Positions 36,543-64,000 of a DNA stretch of 64,000 nt are shown in pieces (within the stretch, counting starts at the first letter, position 1; every line of letters starts with the position of its first letter). Source of the DNA: Bugula neritina (taxonomy: Eukaryota; Animalia; Bryozoa); contig OZ037767.1 in the NCBI GenBank assembly GCA_964035545.1, positions 21,096,628-21,160,627 of the forward strand, in the 5' to 3' direction. Below the pieces are notes generated by a model. It did no database searches and was not told the origin of the DNA. It saw nothing but the letters and a program-made list of their open reading frames with translations. Position numbers and translations under genes: made by a program.

Positions 36543-39500
36543 CTAACATTTCTGGAAAACAAACAAATGACCATCTAATCCGTGATTGTTCTCAAGCAAC
36601 CACCAGTTTGAGAAAACTTCGTCTCTAACTGTCCTCCATTTTTCTTCTTTAACCAGACTGTTAATGGTAGATCTCAGGTGCAGTTTATACTCTTCAACTG
36701 TTTCCAAATACTCGTCTCTCATAGCCATTATGAAATACCCACCTGCACGTTGAACGATACAGTGTTATACAGGCAGCAGAACATCACCATAGAACTATAT
36801 ATGGCAGCAGAATCTTTGTGACACGTTTTAGGAGAAAAAAACTATACTTCAGATTCCACGATTTGTTATTAGGAATGTTGTTTGCAATACTTCAATCCTA
36901 TAATCAAAAAATTGCTTTTGCCCTTCCACTAGATATTTGATTGGATAGTTTTCTGACTTCTGAGGGTATTGGAAATACTTTATGTATAACAAAATGGTGA
37001 TACAAGCACAGGAATTGCGTACACATGCAAAACTTTCAACTTTACCATGCTTGAAGTCTCTCAAATCAACACTAAAGGAAATCAGTTTTTTATTTTATAA
37101 CTTTTAAAACAAAAATAAACAAAAAAAAAACAATAATAAAGTTTTTTTCTGGTTGTTTTCTTGGCTCTGATAAATAATGCAGAATGAAGCTGTATACTGG
37201 TTATGTACAATAAGAGTTGAAAAACCCTAGAAAGGGTGTTGGTGAGAATTGCACGTCAATGAGTGTTCAACGATCAGAAATATACTGGAAGGTTCTGAAA
37301 GTAAACCCGTATAATCTTACCTGGTTTAAGTATGTTACAAATCTCAACTAACACCTCAGATTTCATGTGTCCAGCTACAAACGTTCCACAAGTCACAACT
37401 CCATCATATGTATCTACAATATTATACAACCCATGAGCCGTCACACACTATTATATACTATACTATTATACATAGCAATTACTATATACACGACCATGCA
37501 TATTGCATATAAGATTATTGTATCATATAATACTATTATACGTACTATGTTCCAGCCCACAGTCAAGGTACAGAAATTGTTGCATTATATTTGTGTACAA
37601 CTTCTTTTCCTCTGCAATCTTATTCATACCTTCTGATGGTTCCAAACCCTCCAAGTTAGTGTACTGTCCCAGAGCCAATAACTGTATTACAAAACCCCAG
37701 GCTTTATTAAACAGACACTCCGGCAAGAGTATAATATATAAATTTATCTACAAGGTCATACCAGTTACACCATAGCTGTGTTTCTAAAGACAATTTAACT
37801 TAACACAGCAGTTGAGTACAAAGTGACTTTTCAGAAACTACCTGGTTTCCAAAATAAACTACTATCAATTATCTAATCAATTTGAATAAAATATACGTTC
37901 ATAAAAAATGACATATTTACTGTACTATTAACAGTCAAAAGAACAGTAAGTTTAAAAAGCAATAACTACATTAAATGGATAATATTTCAAAGGAGAGACT
38001 TTTTTTATAAAATTGCTACTTTCAAAATTAATATACACTGAGATCTAAACGATTTGCAAAACAATCACATTTGAAGAAATGATTACATATATAATTATCA
38101 AAGTCTTACCTTCTCTGCTATGAGTCCAGTTCCACTGCCGACATCTAGGATACGGGAGTCTAGCCTCTCTTTGAATAGATCGTGTGTGGTCTCAGCCACT
38201 ACGCCTAGGCCACTGTCAACATAAAGCATAAATAAGAATCCTTTAAAAGCTGGTTGTGTGACACTAGACATGTCTATCAGATAGTGAAGCTTGTGACTGA
38301 CATTGTACCAAGATTAACTTCAGCACAGCAGATTTTGGTACTGGAAAATTGGTTTTTGTATTATAATTACATGAGTGTGGTTACTAGAAGGTTGGGGTAT
38401 GTGTGCATAATGAAGTAGGCAAATGAATGCAAATAAGAAGTATTGAAGCAAAATTTTGGAAATCTTTGTTAAAACATTTAGAGAGTAAATGACTGCATGA
38501 TTGAGTGAATATCTGTTTGACTGAGTGAAAGACTGTTTGGATTTTGACTGGGAGAATTGATGTTTAAATCGTGGAGGAATCACTGTTAGAGTGAGTGAAT
38601 ATTTTGTATTAGCAGTAAAGCTAATTATTGTTTTCTAACTAACTATTTTTTTATTCAAAACCAAAACTTAAAACTGAACTAAAATTAGTAAAAATTAGTT
38701 TTCTAGTTTGTTATGAGGCATATGTTTAAGCGAAGGGCCACACGATGCGTTTTACACGTTCGTGACGTGCGAGAAAACCCGTTCAGCCCAAAAATGGGAC
38801 GCCGTGAGCGGGATTTTTATGCGTCTAACATGCTGAGCGAGAAGTGAGGCAAGCTCATGCGTGTTTGATCTAATTGGCTCATTATCATTTAGCGAGCACT
38901 TTTTTTATTTCAATTTACGTTTTAGCTTTTAGCGAACTGAATTGATACAGTTTTATATAATTTGCATTTCCGCTGTAGGCGAGCAGTAAAGTTTAACGCT
39001 AACATCATTAGCTAATAAATTTCCTCACTTGCAACACACGCATTGTGTGTGGCATGTCTGAACGAGTTTTCTCGCACGTCACAAACGTGTAAAAATGCGT
39101 CATGTGGCCCTACGCTTAGTTTTATAGTTACTTGATAATTAAAAAGAGGAGTTGTGTTACTTATGATTATTAGTTTGATCCACCACTCTAGGGAATACTT
39201 TGAGTTTAAAAAAGCGCTGTGCACTATAACAGTGGTCAAAGCAATATTCTGTTGTTATTGCAAAACATGTCACCTGATTTTCTCACAGTAAGCTATGTTA
39301 TGTTACCTGAACCTAACTGGATATTGTCTGGTTACTCCAGTACATTCTTTGTCGCCTGAATCATTTCAGGTTTAGCATTGTGCGTCAGCTGCCTGAGCTT
39401 TTTCTCAGACTGTGAGCTTTCCTCTCTCCAGACAACAGTATGTGGTGCAAAGTACATTGAAAGGTAATTAATTACTGCAGCTGACTGATATCACTTTTGA

Positions 39501-40142
39501 AGGAATATTTATTTGAAACAGTGTTGATGTAAGCGTAACCAGTTTGTTAAATGTCAAAATATGGGTTTGTGTATGTAAGAGCTTTAAAGAATTTGTACAA
39601 GACAGAGGGTTTGCAATTGCAGACAGGGTGGAACCAATCAGAATGACTTTTATATACAGACACACTTGACTGCCCCTGGATGGTCATCCTAGGCATGCAA
39701 TGGGCTAAACTGTTTTGGGATGAAAAATATATACAGAAGTGCTGCTTTTTAAAAATGGATAATAGCATAGACAGTAACGAATGTATTGCTGCTTTTTTAA
39801 AAACCCCATATGATTTGTATGATAGCATAGACAGTAAGACAAGAACGTAGATTTTCTCAATCAAATTTGTTCCATTTTTTATAAGTATTTGTAAGGAAAT
39901 GCATTGTGCTCTCTGCTTTGTAATTGACTCTATAGCTATAGAGATTGAGTCTGTGTGCTCCAGATAAAAAAAATAGCGAAGTGATAGACTACCTACCCAT
40001 AGCCATAAACTTTCATGTCTGAATCATAAACGGCAGCATTCCTGTTATAGAAATCAAGTCGTTCAGCCGAATCCTGCTTCTCATCAATCACAGTAGGTTT
40101 GGCTACTTCATTCCATGGTGCTGCTGTCTTGGTGGCTGCCAT
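36543..40142 (-). CDS. METTL27: METTL27-like methyltransferase, copy 5 (225 aa; mosaic of copies 3 and 2). Exons 40142-39997, 38212-38110, 37681-37546, 37413-37321, 36742-36543
   Basis: Intact frame and GT-AG junctions. Exon 1 is nearly identical to copy 3; exon 5 differs from copy 2 by one residue (N/S). Confidence 0.85.
38729..39116. mobile_element. 388-bp MITE with long TIRs and probable TA TSD in intron 1 of copy 5
   Basis: AGCGAAGGGCCACACGATGCGTTTTACACG...CGTGTAAAAATGCGTCATGTGGCCCTACGCT. Absent at the paralogous site of copy 3 (~20381-20400, CATATGTTTTAGTTTTATAG). Confidence 0.9.
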
Positions 40143-40749
40143 GTTGGATTCCTCACTCTAAGTAAGTGAAGGTTAACTAGGTTAGTTTTTGTTTCCTAAA
40201 ACAAAAGTAAAACAGGTAAAGTTTTTTTAGGCAACTATGAGAAAAAAAAAGCAAACATGTAGATCATTATGATTATCTGCGCACCTCACAAATTTCAAGT
40301 CCTAAAATTGTCAGTTAAAATAGCAAAACCTAAAACATGATAAGCAAAGAGAAATTGCAAAAATTAATAGAATTTGTTTATTAAATTATGGCTACAGCCT
40401 TCAGTTTACCTTGCATTTTCTGAATAGTCTATAGGTATAGAATATTACAAGTGATTTCCCTAATCAAAGAATGATAATATATAACTAATAAACTAACCAG
40501 TCAAGTACAACTGTGCAAGAAGTCAAATGAGCACGTTACTGTTCATATCTTTAGTAGTTGAAACAATAGCAGCCGAAAGCCTTCAATAGCTGATGCAGAA
40601 TGTTATTCGACTTGTCACTGCATATGATAAATTAGTCTCGTAGGGACCTTTGAACTTATGGGGTTTGGCTCATTCAGTCAGTACCCAAGTAATGATGAGC
40701 AGTGTGCAGCATAGTATTAAAGTACTATTTATTGTTGTGCCTACTACTG

Positions 40750-41621
40750 CATTTACACTAACACATTTTATGACTTTTTAACCTCACTTCCTGTTATAGA
40801 CTGTGTCATGTTTCAATTATTATAACAAATGTTTCCACATTGCAGCTTTTTTTACTTGTGTGCATCCCCTCTTAAGGTGTGCATCCACTCTTGAGGTGTG
40901 CACCCCCTCTTGAGGTGTACATCTTCTTTTGAGATGTTCACCTCCTCTTGAGGTGCTGCAATCTGTATATTATATTCAGATAATAAAAAATATGTATGAT
41001 GAAATCTGTGGGGTGAACTGTATACAACAGTTGCTATGGTTACACAAACTGTTTGCATTGAGACACTCTGTGTAGATGCTTGTTACTCCAAACAGTCCTA
41101 TGAAATGCTTTAAAAACAGCATCATCTATATTTATTGTAACATTCATTCACCAATAGATAAGATGATGAAAAGTGAAAACTAAAGGTAATAAAAGCAGCC
41201 TGTAACAATACACTGCATATAACAAAATAAGTTAAGACAACTCTGTAAATCTAGTGCACAAATACCAGAACATATCAAGACAGCTGATTGAATGGTCGAT
41301 TGCTGTTACGCTATACATGATTGGTTGGAATGAGTAACTTTACCATATGGGCAGCAGTCATTTGAAAGTAAAACAAATAAACAAAATAAAGAAAAAACAT
41401 TCAAAGTTCTAAATTTACCAAATAAAAACTTAGAGTATGCCAAAAAATATTCCATCTACAATAAATAAAGGAGTATATTACTGATAACCTGACAACGTGA
41501 CTAAGTAGAGGCAAGTGACTTGTAACAGAGTACTTGAAATAAATAGTACAGGAGTAATTTTCAATTATTCCCCTCCGTTTGAATAAAAATGTAGCAGAGA
41601 GTTAAACTAAGTAATTTCTTG
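40750..41621. repeat. KIF1A-proximal copy of the ~0.8-kb duplication (probable KIF1A 3' UTR with minus-strand AATAAA at ~41131-41136)
   Basis: Direct repeat of 35158-35957; lies just downstream of the KIF1A stop codon. Confidence 0.9.
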
Positions 41622-41865
41622 CAGAGTATTAATGCCATGAAGGGGTGTGTGGTTACACTACCATAATAGAGATTCAGGTAAATATAGTTACTAATCTAAA
41701 AGACCTTACAGAAATGTTCATTGATGTTATTTATATACAAGGTGGAGAGAGAGAGCAAAGCATTCCTACAAAAACATAATGCTATGACTCAATGCCATCT
41801 ACATGTCTAAAAGGAAGCCTAACTCTAGAGGCTTTAAAAATATATTAACAGCAAAAATCTCCACA

Positions 41866-63525
<21,660 letters not shown>

Positions 63526-64000
63526 CTGAACACAGAGCAAAAAAGGGTAAATGGCTGCAGCTTAAAATGAAATGTCAAGGTCTCACTAAACATGGTGACA
63601 ATTCTTATTATAAACATATATCAAACAAATAAAAATTACTTTACTAGGAGTCGTCTTCTGTATTTAATAGAAAAATAATTCCAAACAACCAGCAATAATT
63701 TATTCATTACTGGTTGCAGATTTAGCCAATAAATCCCAAAGGAAATAACTTCCAAAGGACTTTAGAAAACCGGAACTATAGCATTGTTATTCTATATGTT
63801 TTTTAAAATTTGTACAAGCCTATACGTATACTACAAATACACGTCACCACACATCGGGTGCCTAGCCCACTGCGACAGGTACCCGATGTGCACTTGTCTT
63901 GTGATGTCACTGTGTAGCAGACGCCATTGAGATCTAAATCCTGTTATCTATATTACGTTATATTGATTTGTAGGTCAAAGGCAGGAGAACTTCAATCCAA

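Noticed and set aside
35958-40750. Copy 5 as a retrocopy or transposon-captured (Pack-type/Helitron) gene
   Set aside because: All introns are retained, and there is no poly(A), TIRs, short TSD or Helitron termini at the junctions.

Overview
AT-rich animal (invertebrate-type) genomic DNA with spliced genes; the species cannot be determined from the window. Left to right: (1) the 5' helicase-coding part of POLQ (minus strand, runs off the left edge). (2) A cluster of five intact 5-coding-exon METTL27/WBSCR27-like SAM methyltransferase genes (+,+,-,+,-; 8.8-40.1 kb). (3) A young full-length Ty3/gypsy LTR retrotransposon inside the cluster (25183-32689; 305-bp LTRs differing at 1 base, CTAT TSD, tRNA-Leu PBS). 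(4) Most of a KIF1A/unc-104 kinesin-3 gene (minus strand, 41866 to beyond the right edge). MITEs, a SINE, a LINE fragment and many minisatellites are interspersed. Two observations stand out. (a) The retrotransposon carries a third, non-env ORF (double zinc finger, Arg/Ser-Pro basic tract, coiled coil) that lacks its own ATG but is restored in frame by splicing from either of two phase-1 donors. (b) The methyltransferase copies are exon mosaics: copy 5 has the 5' part of copy 3 and the last exon/3' flank of copy 2. This is what one would see if the ~3.2-kb segment between the inverted exon 3-4 repeats of convergent copies 2 and 3 has flipped and swapped their C-terminal exons. All alignments were done by eye.
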